The position numbers were made by a program, and so were the translations under genes. From assembly GCF_001194135.2 (NCBI RefSeq), contig NC_068993.1, positions 9,143,124 to 9,207,123 on the forward strand: a stretch of DNA of 64,000 bases, read 5' to 3'. Positions 1-12,166 of the stretch are shown here, piece by piece (position 1 is the stretch's first letter; the number at the start of each line of letters is the position of its first letter). The stretch is from Octopus bimaculoides (Eukaryota). Below the pieces are notes generated by a model that saw only the letters and a program-made list of their open reading frames with translations, was not told the DNA's origin and did no database searches.

Positions 1-104
1 TTGGTGCCAAGAACGCAGTACATGATTGAAGAATGTGTGTTTATTGATGAGGTATGGTTTCCAAGGGCACAGGGGATCAATATCATTGCTATCCAGGATG
101 AAAT
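1..104 (-). CDS. GEMIN5: Probable Gemin5 exon, truncated by window edge
   Basis: Strong acceptor ttttatttttattttgcattttAG. G+AT gives Asp, then FILDSNDIDPLCPWKPYLINKHTFFNHVLRSWHQ is open to base 1, loosely resembling Gemin5 [21 protein letters not shown]. Confidence 0.72.
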   Translation of the reverse strand, partial: MSSWIAMILIPCALGNHTSSINTHSSIMYCVLGT

Positions 105-428
105 CTAAAATGCAAAATAAAAATAAAAGATAAAAAATACAACTCTACCCTCAAATACACAAGTTATAAAAAAAATATTAATTAGCTAATTCCATACATT
201 AAAACATCCATTTTCTCAAATTAGCATGGGCTGGAGAAGAATGCATTTGTGGCCGAATCTTACAGATGGATGTTCTTCCTGTCACCAACCATTCACTGTT
301 TTCCAGATAAGAGGTTTCTTAATCAAAAGTGCAAAGTGACTGGTAATAATGTCAACAAGTAACAAAACGTATATCATTGTTTTGCTCAAATGAAACCAAC
401 ACATGTTGACTTTCACAAACACATGAAA

Positions 429-588
429 TGGGCTTCACGCAGTGTCCGCCCACAAAATTCACTTGTAAGGTATTGGTTGGCCTGGGGCTGTAGTTAGAGA
501 CACTTGCCCAAGATGTAGTGCAGTGGGACTGAACCTGAAACCCATGGCTGCAAAATGAACTTCTAACCACACAGCCATACCAGCACCT
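429..588 (-). mobile_element. SINE family A, diverged 5' half
   Basis: CACTTGCCCAAG...CAGTGGGACTGAACC...ACCACACAGCCA. Confidence 0.7.
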
Positions 589-2467
589 CAAGAGAAGCAG
601 TCAACCATTTCTTAATCCCTAAATCAAAGCAATTCACAGAACCACAAAATGAGAAACGAATTTTCCCCTGGACAGATCATGAATGTAACAACTGTATCAT
701 TCCCAGCTGTGGGACAAATCTTGGCCATAAACTCACCCTGCTGTCTTGGAAAAAGAATATGAAAGATAGATTGAATAATATAGCCTTAGAAACACTGTGT
801 CTAAAAAGACAAGAGAATTATGACTAAACTACCTTGGTTCACTGCTCTAGGGTTAAACAACAACCTCATTTAATTTCCAAGATGACATAGTCTGGATGGT
901 TCAACTGGATCTGACTAGCCAGAGGGCTGTGTTCCCACCAGTGTCTGCCCGACAAGGTCTCTATGTCTGGATGTCTTTCCTAACCCCAACAACCTTACAG
1001 AGTGTACGGGGTGCCTTTTTGTGACCGGTGAGGTCACTGTGTAACATGCAAGACAAAACCCCTTCACAGAGTGGGTGGGGGAGGAGTTGAAATATGGAGG
1101 GCAGTGGCTTTGCTGGATCCTCTCGAACTAACCAACCCATGCCAACAAGGAAATGGATGTTAAATAATGATGGTGGTGGTGATGCTACTACTGAGGATGG
1201 TGGGGATGATGATAATATCCAATGATTTAAGGGCCAAGTTTTCCTCCCTTAACTGTTTCATGTATACAGTTGCCAGGTAACCAAGCACTCTAAATGACTG
1301 TCACATGTAAGACATAACTAATCACATCATGGACCCATTTCTCAAACACTTAAAACCTTGAACCCTTTTAATTACAAAGCTGTTGACAGCAGCATTCTTA
1401 ATGCTTCTTAATTGCTCTGTATAATTAATAGAAACATTGTAATAATGATAACTATGCTGTTTTCATTTCACAATTTATTTCTATAGCTTAATTTATCTTA
1501 TTTTTCACACGCTTCAATCATTAGACAGCGCCCATGCTGGGGTACAGCCTTGAAGGGTAGGGTTTTAGGCAAAAAAAATCGACCCAAGTATTTATTTTTT
1601 TAAAGCCTGGTACTTATTCTGTCGGTTGCTGGCGTGGGTACATTTTGATGCACCCCAGTGCACTATATGTAGATGCATTCACGTGTGTGTGTGTGTGTGT
1701 GTGTATTTTGTTGTCTTTGGGGAGAGTCATTCTCTTTTAGTGTCTTATTTAATGGACAGAGTCAATGACTATTCAAAAGGTGGTAAGACGCAACAAAAAT
1801 TATAAATGAGTGGAAATTTTACCAGTGAGTGTTCTAAATAATAAAATATTGGTTGCCTTCTTATTAATCCACAAGTGTGTGTGTGTGTGTGTGTATATAT
1901 ATATTTATGTATGCATATATAATGGACTTCCCTGTTGTGTAAGTGGCAGATGAGGGTTTCAGCAACTTGGTATCTTTACTGTGATTTTCAGCTGATCATT
2001 TGGTTAATATCTAAGAAATGTTTTATGGTACTGACTGGCAATCTTGAGTAGGTTTCTGCTTTCAACTGTGTGGAAGCAAGCCCTGCCTCACTGCACACTA
2101 CAAAGCCACAACAACCACAAACAAAATCATTTGAAGCAGGTTCTTCTTCTTGTCTTAGGGGTAAGCATGGCTCTGTAGTTAAGAAAGCCCTCTGAGACTG
2201 TTGAGATCAATGTGGTAGTGGTCTGTCTTGAACCATGGTAAGTCAGTAACTCCATCTTGAAGTTGTAGAGAGCAATTTGTAAATTAATCAAGAAGTAATT
2301 GGCAAATTAAAAGCTGAAAACACGCCTTCCGTCTTCATCATTTCCAACAAAGTTATGAAGTAAGTAAATATCAAGACTGCCACAAGACCATAAAAGAGAA
2401 AAATGGAGAACAGTAGAAAGGGATTACAATGGATTAGTGTTAATTATGAATCTAATACTTTGTTTAC

Positions 2468-2618
2468 CTGGCAACAGTGTTTTTGATCCTGTTAATGATG
2501 TCGTCCTTCTTTTGTGAAGTACAAAGTCGGAGGAATCTTTGGCATACACAACACTGGGCATCAGTGTCAGGAGTTCACTCATCATTAACTCATGCATGCT
2601 GATAACCAGAGTAAACAC
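2468..2618 (-). CDS. GEMIN5: Probable Gemin5 exon (151 bp, phase 0 to 1)
   Basis: Acceptor tgtttctatcttcAG, donor CAG|GTAAAC. One open frame: VFTLVISMHELMMSELLTLMPSVVYAKDSSDFVLHKRRTTSLTGSKTLLP. The start weakly resembles Gemin5 RLVFCLLELLSRHL, and the end phase fits the next exon. Confidence 0.72.
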
Positions 2619-2829
2619 CTGAAGATAGAAACACAATATAAAATTTATATGAATACTTACGTATCTATAAACGTTAAATTCAACTTAAGTTGAAAGTCAA
2701 TGAAGTTTGCTTTACAAGCGTTCAGATGTATTGAAAGATAAAGATAAGGAAATAATTTTATTCTCAGATGCAGGATAATACAGCATGAACAGGATAAACT
2801 AACCATATTTTGCAGAAAAATCTGTTGGC

Positions 2830-2901
2830 GGCCAGCCAGGAGACTCAAACTCACATCCCTGTGATTACACGTCAAGTGCTTTACCATTAAGCTAAACTGC
2901 C
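2830..2901 (-). pseudogene. tRNA-like pseudogene (Thr, TGT anticodon) or tRNA-derived SINE head
   Basis: Reverse strand GGCAGTTTAGCTTAATGGTAAAGCACTTGACGTGTAATCACAGGGATGTGAGTTTGAGTCTCCTGGCTGGCC. D stem GCTT/AAGC, near-complete acceptor stem, A-box and degenerate B-box (GTTTGAGTC). Non-canonical G33, T56 and a broken anticodon stem. Confidence 0.6.
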
Positions 2902-4152
2902 CCAATGACAAATTCTTCTGCAAATTTAGGATATATAAATCTAGCTTTATAAGATGCTATCATACATTAAATTCACCTTATGTTGAAAGTCAACGAAGTT
3001 TGCTTTACAAGCGTTTGGCAGCCAACAGATTTTTCTCCAAAATATGGTTAGTTTATCCTGTTCATGCTATATATATTATTAGCATTATCCTGCGTTTGAG
3101 AATAAAATTATTTCCTTATCTGTGTCTTTCAATATCTATAAACATTTATACAAGACGGAATGAACAGGCTTTAACTGCAAAATACAACAATTGTTTTCAT
3201 GCAGTGGCAACAACTGTTAGCTGCTGAGTTTTTCATATCATAAATTAAATCACGTAAGTAAATATGATTCAGCAGCAGTTGTGTACTGGTATGTCATTGG
3301 TTAGTAGATACATACATACATACACAGTTGTAGAAATCAGCAACTCAGCGGATGTTAGCATGAAGCTAAACATCAGTAAAAAAGAAAATACCTAAGCTGT
3401 ACTATTGAGGAATCTACAGCTACTTTATCAAAATTACAAGTTCAGGTTTATATCTGTGATTATTGGGACACTGGGATATGTAACACACACTCTGCCTAAA
3501 TACCAATCTTGAGAAATTAGGCTTTTCAAAACCAGAAAGGAGAAAGCTGATGTGAAGATTACAAATCCAAACCATCACTGGAACTGTAAAAATCTGTAAA
3601 ACTTTCCAGAAGTTTTATCATTTAAGTATATGTGTGCATGTCTAGACATGAAAGTGTATGCATAAGAATACATGCAATCTGTACATATACATACATACAA
3701 AAATATCCTGTTGATGTTGTTGAAATTCCAATGAAGGAGCCTTGGATCTAGGTTAGAAACCGGTTCTTTCTCAATTGTCAAGAAATCTCGAAATAAAATG
3801 ACACACGCAGAGAGAGAGAGAGAGAGCATCAAATTGATATCCGCAATAAATGTCCCTTGGATTTCTGTTGTTTTTGTATCTGAATTGGTCTTTCGTAATT
3901 TATGACCATTTAATTCAAACATTTCTATCTTTTCCCTTTCTTCAGCTATCGTTTCTATAGAAACGTTAAAGACTTCAGCCAATCTTTGCAAGCGTCATCC
4001 TTATACATCCTGTGTTTGCTTTTTTTTTTTTTTACCTCATCTTTGTGGGTTTTTTTACATTTTTGCACCATATAAGTGTGTGTATATGTGTGCACGTGTA
4101 TGCATTCTATCCTATTGATTTTTCGAGGGTATTAATTTACTTCTGTATCTAC

Positions 4153-4315
4153 AGGCACAGACATGGCTGTGTGGTAAGAAGTTTGCCTCTCAACCATATG
4201 GTTTTAGGTTCATTCCCACTGCGTGGCACTTTGTGTAACTGTCTTCTTCTATAACCTTGGCCGACCAAAGTCTTAAGAATGGATTTAGCAAATGGAAACT
4301 TAAAGAAACCTGCTG
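4153..4315 (+). mobile_element. SINE family A, 5' half
   Basis: Same head as 4590-4738 in the opposite orientation. Confidence 0.8.
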
Positions 4316-4346
4316 CACACACACACACACGCATACATATATGTAT

Positions 4347-4738
4347 ACTCTTTTACTTGTTTCAGTCATTTGACTGTGGCCATATTGGAGCACCGCCTAT
4401 AGTCAAGCAAATTGACCCCAGGACTTATTCTTTGTAAGCCTAGTACTTATTCTATCAGTCTCTTTTGCCAAACCACTAAGTTACGGGGCTGTAAACACAC
4501 CAGCATTGGTTGTCAAGCGATGTTGGGGGGACAAACACAGACACACGAACATATACACACACATACATATACACGACAGGCTTCTTTCAGTTTCCATCTA
4601 CCAAATCCACTTACAAGGCTTTGGTCGACCCGAGGCTACAGTAGAAGACACTTGCCTAAGGTGCCACGCAGTGGGACTGAACCCGGAACCATGTGGTTGG
4701 TAAGCAAGCGACTTACCACACAGCTACTCCTGTGCCTA
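4347..4738 (-). mobile_element. SINE family A, near full length
   Basis: Head AGGCACAGGAGTAGCTGTGTGGTAAG...GGTTCAGTCCC (A/B-box-like), CCTTAGGCAAGTGTCTTCTAC core, internal (TA/TG)n, tail GACTGAAACAAGTAAAAGAG. More than 20 copies in the window. Confidence 0.85.
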
Positions 4739-5107
4739 TATNNNNNNNNNNNNNNNNNNNNNNNNNNNNNNNNNNNNNNNNNNNNNNNNNNNNNNNNNNN
4801 NNNNNNNNNNNNNNNNNNNNNNNNNNNNNNNNNNNNNNNNNNNNNNNNNNNNNNNNNNNNNNNNNNNNNNNNNNNNNNNNNNNNNNNNNNNNNNNNNNNN
4901 NNNNNNNNNNNNNNNNNNNNNNNNNNNNNNNNNNNNNNNNNNNNNNNNNNNNNNNNNNNNNNNNNNNNNNNNNNNNNNNNNNNNNNNNNNNNNNNNNNNN
5001 NNNNNNNNNNNNNNNNNNNNNNNNNNNNNNNNNNNNNNNNNNNNNNNNNNNNNNNNNNNNNNNNNNNNNNNNCTACACAATTATTTGATTTAGCTGGATA
5101 CATTCCC

Positions 5108-5158
<51 letters not shown>

Positions 5159-6042
5159 GGTAGACAGAAGGAAAAAGAGAAGGAGATGAATGAATGTAAC
5201 ACAGACCAAATGGAAGATAGTTGTTTTTGTTATTTACAGCTGCTTATATGGTAATGAGCTCTTGGACTGGATACAAACTAAGAAGAATCATTTGAAATGC
5301 TGCCACAAGATTTCAGCCACAAAGGATAGCTTACAGAGAGGAGGAGAGAGAGAAAAGGGAGGGGGTTATAACATCACACAGACAGGGCACACTTCAGTCT
5401 TCATAAGCTCCCCAGTAATGGGTTCCACTCTGGCTTTGTGGTTCAATGATTCGGGTTACTAAGGGCATCACAGCTGTGAAAACATTGTGTATTTAAGCCG
5501 AAATCTTCAGAAGTACATCCAACCTTTGCATAAAATCCACAAATTTATTCATAGCAGACTTTTCTGAGATAAGCGGAGAAATCTTTTTACACGAACAACA
5601 TTTTACACACAAAAGTATACAAGAGGGAAAATCGGACGAGTTGTGATATTATGCCTTTTCCTGTAGACACATTGGAGGCTGAAGCAGAATGTGTGAGTAT
5701 AAGTGTGAATCTGATAATAATGGTTCATTCTGGTTCTGGCCAGTTTGATTAAGGCAGCGAGGTGGCAGAATCGTTAGCATTCTGTACTTCAGTACATCTA
5801 GTTCTTGAAACATACCAAATCACTTAGAGAGACCAGCAAATCATCTAGACATACATGAATGTATCTCAGCATATTGTGATGAATATATATAATTTAATGT
5901 ATGCAGTATAAAGATAGAAGCTACTAATAGTTTCATGCATTGTCTCCAAAACCAGAAGACACAAGGCATGTTATAAAAACCTGCCATAAACTTGTGCCTC
6001 CAATGCATGAAACTATTGGTAGCTCATATTGCCTTAACAGAA

Positions 6043-6078
<36 letters not shown>

Positions 6079-6182
6079 TTTGTTATTTACAGCTGCTTAT
6101 ATGGTAATGAGCTCTTGACTAATATATCCTTTTGTTATTTACACCACCTGTCCTCGTCTGTTGTTATTATTTGTATATTCTC

Positions 6183-6226
<44 letters not shown>

Positions 6227-7310
6227 GGTACAAGCATGGAGGTGTGGTTAAGAAGTTTCCTTCCAAGCAAATAAATTTGTGTCTGCCTGGATATTGTATA
6301 TATATATATATATATATATACACATACACACACACACACACACATCTACAGAAAATATAACAAGCTAACAAATCATATTCACACATAGAAAGAGGCAATG
6401 CATTCACAAATGCACGTGTATTCACTTGCATACCAACACAACATGGCAGCAATATACATAATATACACACATGTATATTGTACATACACACACACACACA
6501 TATATATATACTGTACATACACATATACATAAACACAAAGTAGCAACCCGTGCACATATAAGCACACACAGAAACACACACACACACACACACATACTCA
6601 AACATGCGCACATATGAACATGCACATTCCCAAACATGTACACGCATACACACGCACAGACATATATCACAAAGTAACAACTCATACGATCACACATATA
6701 TATGTATGTGTGTGTTTGTGTGTGTATATATATATATGTGTGTGTCTGTATATATATATATATATATATGTTTGTATATATATATATGTGTGTGTGTATG
6801 TATATATATATATATATATATGTTTGTATATATATGTGTGTGTGTGTGTATGTATATGTATATATATATNNNNNNNNNNNNNNNNNNNNNNNNNNNNNNN
6901 NNNNNNNNNNNNNNNNNNNNNNNNNNNNNNNNNNNNNNNNNNNNNNNNNNNNNNNNNNNNNNNNNNNNNNNNNNNNNNNNNNNNNNNNNNNNNNNNNNNN
7001 NNNNNNNNNNNNNNNNNNNNNNNNNNNNNNNNNNNNNNNNNNNNNNNNNNNNNNNNNTATACATCACACATACATATACATACATACATATCTATCTATT
7101 TGCATGCTTCTGGTGAGGAACCTAAAATAAAAAAATGAAAGCAAAAGAATTTAATAAAATAAAAGAGAAATTCCAAATGGGAAATGTTAACATTAGCAAA
7201 ATGTTAACATTGCAAGATTAACTATTCACACACACACAAACATGCGCATGCATATACACACACAAACGTGCGCACACGCACACACACAGAGGTTTACTAC
7301 ATACACACTG

Positions 7311-7362
<52 letters not shown>

Positions 7363-7831
7363 AGAGAACATGGAAAATTCTTCACATGTAAGCTAACAGC
7401 TATATTTAATTCCCTCTTCAAACCCCAGTTGCTGTTGAGATATTTGTAGTTACAATGGTGATTGTGATGATGACGACAGTGATGACGATAAGGGTTGTGA
7501 TAGTGGCGATAATGATGATGGTGATGATGACAGTGGCAACATTGTTGTGATGATGATGATGATGTGAGTTGTGACAGGTTCATGGTGACAATGCTAATGA
7601 TATTGGTGTAGATGGTACACCCCCATTATACTTCTGTTGATGATGATGATGATGGTGATGACAACGACGTTGCTGGTAGTGGTACTAGTACAATATTGTA
7701 CGATGATGGTGCTGATGCTGATGGTGGTGGAAGTGGTGATAATGATGATGATGATGATGATGATGATGACAATGATGATAGCATTGCTGTTATAAATGAT
7801 TGCGGTGGCTGACAGCAGTATTACGCCAGCA

Positions 7832-7863
<32 letters not shown>

Positions 7864-8136
7864 ATATTTGTGATGATGGTGGCAGCAATATTGTTATGAT
7901 GAGGGTGGTGGTGGTGGTGGTGGTGGTGGCGGAAGTGGAGGTGGGCAAGTATATGGGCGTATAATGTGAAGCATTTCAAAAGTGCCACCACTACCACCAC
8001 CACAGCCACCGCTGCCGCCACCACCTTTGCCAAACTGCACACCCATCCAGTCTGGCACTGAAGCTGGCAACACAAGCATCAATTGGCAATGGTACCATCA
8101 CAACCTGACATCACTTTTATCAAGAGCATAACTAAC

Positions 8137-8154
<18 letters not shown>

Positions 8155-8192
<38 letters not shown>

Positions 8193-8214
8193 AATAATAA
8201 TGATAATAATAATG

Positions 8215-8251
<37 letters not shown>

Positions 8252-8264
8252 TAATAATAATGAT
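8155..8264. repeat. (TAA)n microsatellite, one of many (also 9081-9165, 24505-24575, 33670-33760)
   Basis: Direct inspection. Confidence 0.95.
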
Positions 8265-8324
8265 NNNNNNNNNNNNNNNNNNNNNNNNNNNNNNNNNNNN
8301 NNNNNNNNNNNNNNNNNNNNNNNN

Positions 8325-8640
8325 CCAAAGACGAAAGGCAAAGTAGACCTTGGTGGAATTTGAACTCAGATTGTAAAGCCAGAAGAAATGCTGCTAACCA
8401 TTCTGTCCATCATGCTACCTTAATAATCCTTTCTATGAAAGGCACACGGCCTGAAATTTGGGGGGCAGGGATTAAGTCGATTACATTGACCCCACTACTC
8501 AACTGGTACTTAATTCATCGACCCTGAAAGGATGAAAGGCAAAGTCAACCTCGGTGGAATTTGAACTCAGAATACAGCGTCAGATGAAATACCGCTCAGC
8601 ATTTCGCCAGGTGTGCTAACGATTCTGCCACCTCGCTACC

Positions 8641-8675
<35 letters not shown>

Positions 8676-9079
8676 CCTTTCTACTGAAATCTTTTCTGCT
8701 ATAGGCACATGGCCTGAAATTTGGGAGAGGGGACTAGTCGATTACATTGACCCCATTGTTTTACTGGTACTTAATTTATCAACCCTGAAAGGATGAAAGG
8801 CAAAGTCGACATTCATGGAGTTTGAACTCAGAATGCAGCGACAGGCAAAATACCTCAAAGTATTTCGTCCAGCATGCTAACAATTCTGCCAGCTTTATCG
8901 CCCACAAGGGGCTAAACATAGAGGGGACAAACAAGGACAAAGAGATTAAGATGATTACATCAACACCAGTGTGTAACTGGTACTTATTTAATCGACCCCA
9001 AAAGGATGAAAGGTAAATTCGACCTCGGCAGAATTTGAACTCAGAACGTAACGGCAATGATTCTGCCAGCTTGCCACCC

Positions 9080-9080
<1 letters not shown>
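8325..9080 (-). mobile_element. Train of four head-to-tail SINE family B copies or fragments
   Basis: Repeated GAAAGGATGAAAGGCAAAGTC.ACCTCGG.GGAATTTGAACTCAGA. Reverse strand has a tRNA-like head AAGG.GGCGAGCTGGCAGAATCGTTAGCA...GAGTTCAAATTCC plus a central GCCTTTCATCCTTTCGGGGTCGAT domain. Copies are mostly separated by (TAA)n. Confidence 0.85.
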
Positions 9081-9165
<85 letters not shown>

Positions 9166-9479
9166 GTGATGAGGGGGACAATACAAAACAGACATAAAGT
9201 GTGGGGGGATTACATCTAATGGAATAAAATAAATAAATAAATGAAAAAGTATACATGGAATACAACAAAAAAGAAGGGAAATAAACATAATATACAAAGG
9301 TTAACAAAAACGAAGTGGGGGATGATAGCAATTTTGTCCTCCTGACATAGGATGACCTCAAGGGATAATTAAGGAACCCCACTGTCCAAGATCTCGAACA
9401 CCAAAGGCAAGTGCTCTCTCCAATTCCCTTTCTCTGATTCACAGGTCTACACTTAGAGAGATCCAATCCACTCTTGCCC

Positions 9480-9905
9480 TAATGCAGTACTGGGCAGTGG
9501 CTCTCGTGGTTTCTGATCTTAACTGATTGAAAGTGTTGTCATGTACATGTTCTGTCCTGATGGAAAAGATGGGCTACAGCAAATATTTTGCTCAACACCA
9601 CTGGTTTGCTGGTCAGTTGCTTGACCTTAAACAGTTGAGCATGTCCCTTAATGGCTGACAATATGTGCATCTCTGATCATGAGCAGGGAGAGTGAGGGAG
9701 CATCATAGCCATGTTTTGGGAGGGATTTTTTGAGGTTTGAATAATTCACCCCTGGAAACATGGGTGTTTCATTCATCATCCTTAAACAACCCTTATTCAA
9801 AGACCTTTTGAGCGAGAAGGGTTACCCAACCTGATGAAAATTCCAACTGGGCCCCATCTGCAAGGTCATGTAATGTTTACCTTGATACAAGTTCACCATG
9901 TTGAG
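9480..9905. repeat. Interspersed repeat, unclassified (possibly LINE-associated)
   Basis: Higher-complexity non-coding block that I recognise as an abundant octopus repeat. No second copy in this window, so the call rests on recall. Confidence 0.35.
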
Positions 9906-10704
9906 TGTTACTTTATTTTTTTTAACCCCGAAAAGATGGATGACAGAGTTGACCATGGTAGGATTTGAACTCACAACATAAAGGATCAGAACAAATACTG
10001 CAAAGCACAGACATGGCTGTGTGGGTACGAAGTTTGCTTACCAACCATGTAGTTTCGGGTTCAGTCCTACTGCATGGTACTTAGATAGGGTAATCTAAGA
10101 AGAAACAACTGAACCAAGACATGACAATCAGATGGAACCCATAGACAGTGGTTTTGTGTGAGAAACCAGGATGGAAGCAGCATGAGGTTCTTTTGATCAG
10201 AGTGAGGCTGTTGCAGGTTTGAACCGAGATCCACAATGTTATATTGTTCTGTGCAGCTGGCATCTGACTTGAGAAAGATGACAGAGCAGTGATTCATGAA
10301 GCAGAACGAGGAGGCAGATAATGCTTTACGATACATATGACGGCAAAGGTATTATATAAGAAAGAGACCAAAGCTGAAAGTGAAGAAAGAAAAAAGCCCC
10401 TGAATGAATAACAGAGAAGAACAGTTGCTACATGGTTTGAGTGGTAACAGCTGCACCCAAGCTTGGTGTGGTGGATGTAAAAGTTTGTTCGCTCGTTCAT
10501 TGACACCAGAGAGAGATTTGTCTTGTCCCCCGACAAGCAAGACTGAGATCTGAGTGAGTGCCACGTTCTAGACTAGATTCAATAAAGGGGGAAGAGAGAG
10601 GAACACAAAAGCAACAATTTATGAAATATATTGTATGTCATGTGTCAGTAGCAGAAAAGAGAACCATTGCCATCAACGCTTGCAGTTAAGTAGCTGCATG
10701 GCCA

Positions 10705-10769
<65 letters not shown>

Positions 10770-11084
10770 TGCACACATGTATGTATATTTATTTTATGTA
10801 CATATGTATGTGTGAGTGTGTGTGTGTGTGTGTGTGCACACATACATACATTTTTCAACAAGTGAAAAAAACATTAGCAATTGTTGCGAGAGAAAATACA
10901 AAAACAATAAAATATTAGTCTTTGATACAACAATAAAGAAACAAAGAAAAAAAAAAAAAAACTAACACACAATATGTCCCAATATATCACACACACACAC
11001 ATGTTGTTGTAAGACTAACACAATAACAATATAAAATAAGAGCGTGGCGATTACAACAACAAACATTTGGCTCCTTGGTGGAGC

Positions 11085-11124
<40 letters not shown>

Positions 11125-11536
11125 GGACGAAAAAGGAGAAATGAAGGAAGGAAAGAAAGAAGACAAGAATGGGAGAGGGAGAAAGAAAGGGTAAAAGAAA
11201 GAGAGAGAGAGAGAAAGAGAGAGAAAGAAATGAACTCATGTTATAAGAATATAAGAGAAATGTCTAAAAGAAACAAGTAGTTAAGATAGTTGTTGCAAGA
11301 TTCTATAAATGGAATTTGTGGAATAAACTGGCAACTTTCTAACAGACATGTTACCCTCTCTTTCTCTCTGGCAGATGAAAGAATAACCGTCTCACTGTAT
11401 TCAATGAAAACCAGATTAACCTGGATACAAACGAAACCTTCATCTATGAAAGAGCCAACAGCAAAAGCTTAGACTAAGCCACACACTACAGGATGAACCA
11501 TGTTGTTGCTCGACTTGCTAGAAATAGTAACCAAAT

Positions 11537-11709
11537 AGGCGTAGGAGTAGCTGTGTGGTAAGTAGCTTGCTTACGAATCACATGGTCCCGGGTTCAGTCC
11601 CACTGCATGGTACCTTGGGCAAGTGTCTACTACTATAGCTTAGGGCAGACCAAAGCCTTGTGAGTGGATTTGGTAAACGGAAACTGAGAGAAGCCTGTCG
11701 TATATATGC

Positions 11710-11746
<37 letters not shown>

Positions 11747-11865
11747 CGTGTGTGCATATGTTTGTGTGTCTGTGTTTGTCCTCCCAGCATTGCTTGACAA
11801 CCTATGCTGGTGTGTTTACATCCCCGTAACTTAGCGGTTCAGCAAAAGAGACCGATAGAATACCA
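11537..11865 (+). mobile_element. SINE family A
   Basis: AGGCGTAGGAGTAGCTGTGTGGTAAG through AAAAGAGACCGATAGAATA. Confidence 0.85.
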
Positions 11866-11922
11866 CTAATGATTCTGCCAGCTTGTCACCTTAACAACAA
11901 CAACAATAATAATTACTATTAC

Positions 11923-11960
<38 letters not shown>

Positions 11961-12166
11961 NNNNNNNNNNNNNNNNNNNNNNNNNNNNNNNNNNNNNNNN
12001 NNNNNNNNNNNNNNNNNNNNNNNNNNNNNNNNNNNNNNNNNNNNNNNNNNNNNNNNNNNNNNNNNNNNNNNNNNNNNNNNNNNNNNNNNNNNNNNNNNNN
12101 NNNNNNNNNNNNNNNNNNNNNNNNNNNNNNNNNNNNNNNNNNNNNNNNNNNNNNNNNNNNNNNNNN
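11961..12166. other. Assembly gap that truncates a Gemin5 exon
   Basis: 206 Ns directly after the minus-strand coding sequence YLAIKQVQDASRCLTK. Confidence 0.95.

Noticed and set aside
2290-2376. Alternative acceptor 91 nt downstream of exon 2618-2468, and a FYVE-like TPDTDAQCCVCQRF in another frame of that exon
   Set aside because: The Gemin5 frame reaches a stop soon after this acceptor, and the other frame has two upstream TGA codons and no R(R/K)HHCR motif. The 104 acceptor is stronger and keeps the frame open.
3575-3991. 138 aa ORF MQRLAEVFNVSIETIAEE...
   Set aside because: Starts at TTG right after a stop, runs through a (CT)n tract and repeat sequence, and has no recognisable domain or splice support.
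8325-9080. Regularly spaced ~200 bp repeats with variable spacers, superficially CRISPR-like
   Set aside because: Units are dispersed SINEs, far too long and divergent. No cas genes, and the context is a eukaryotic intron.
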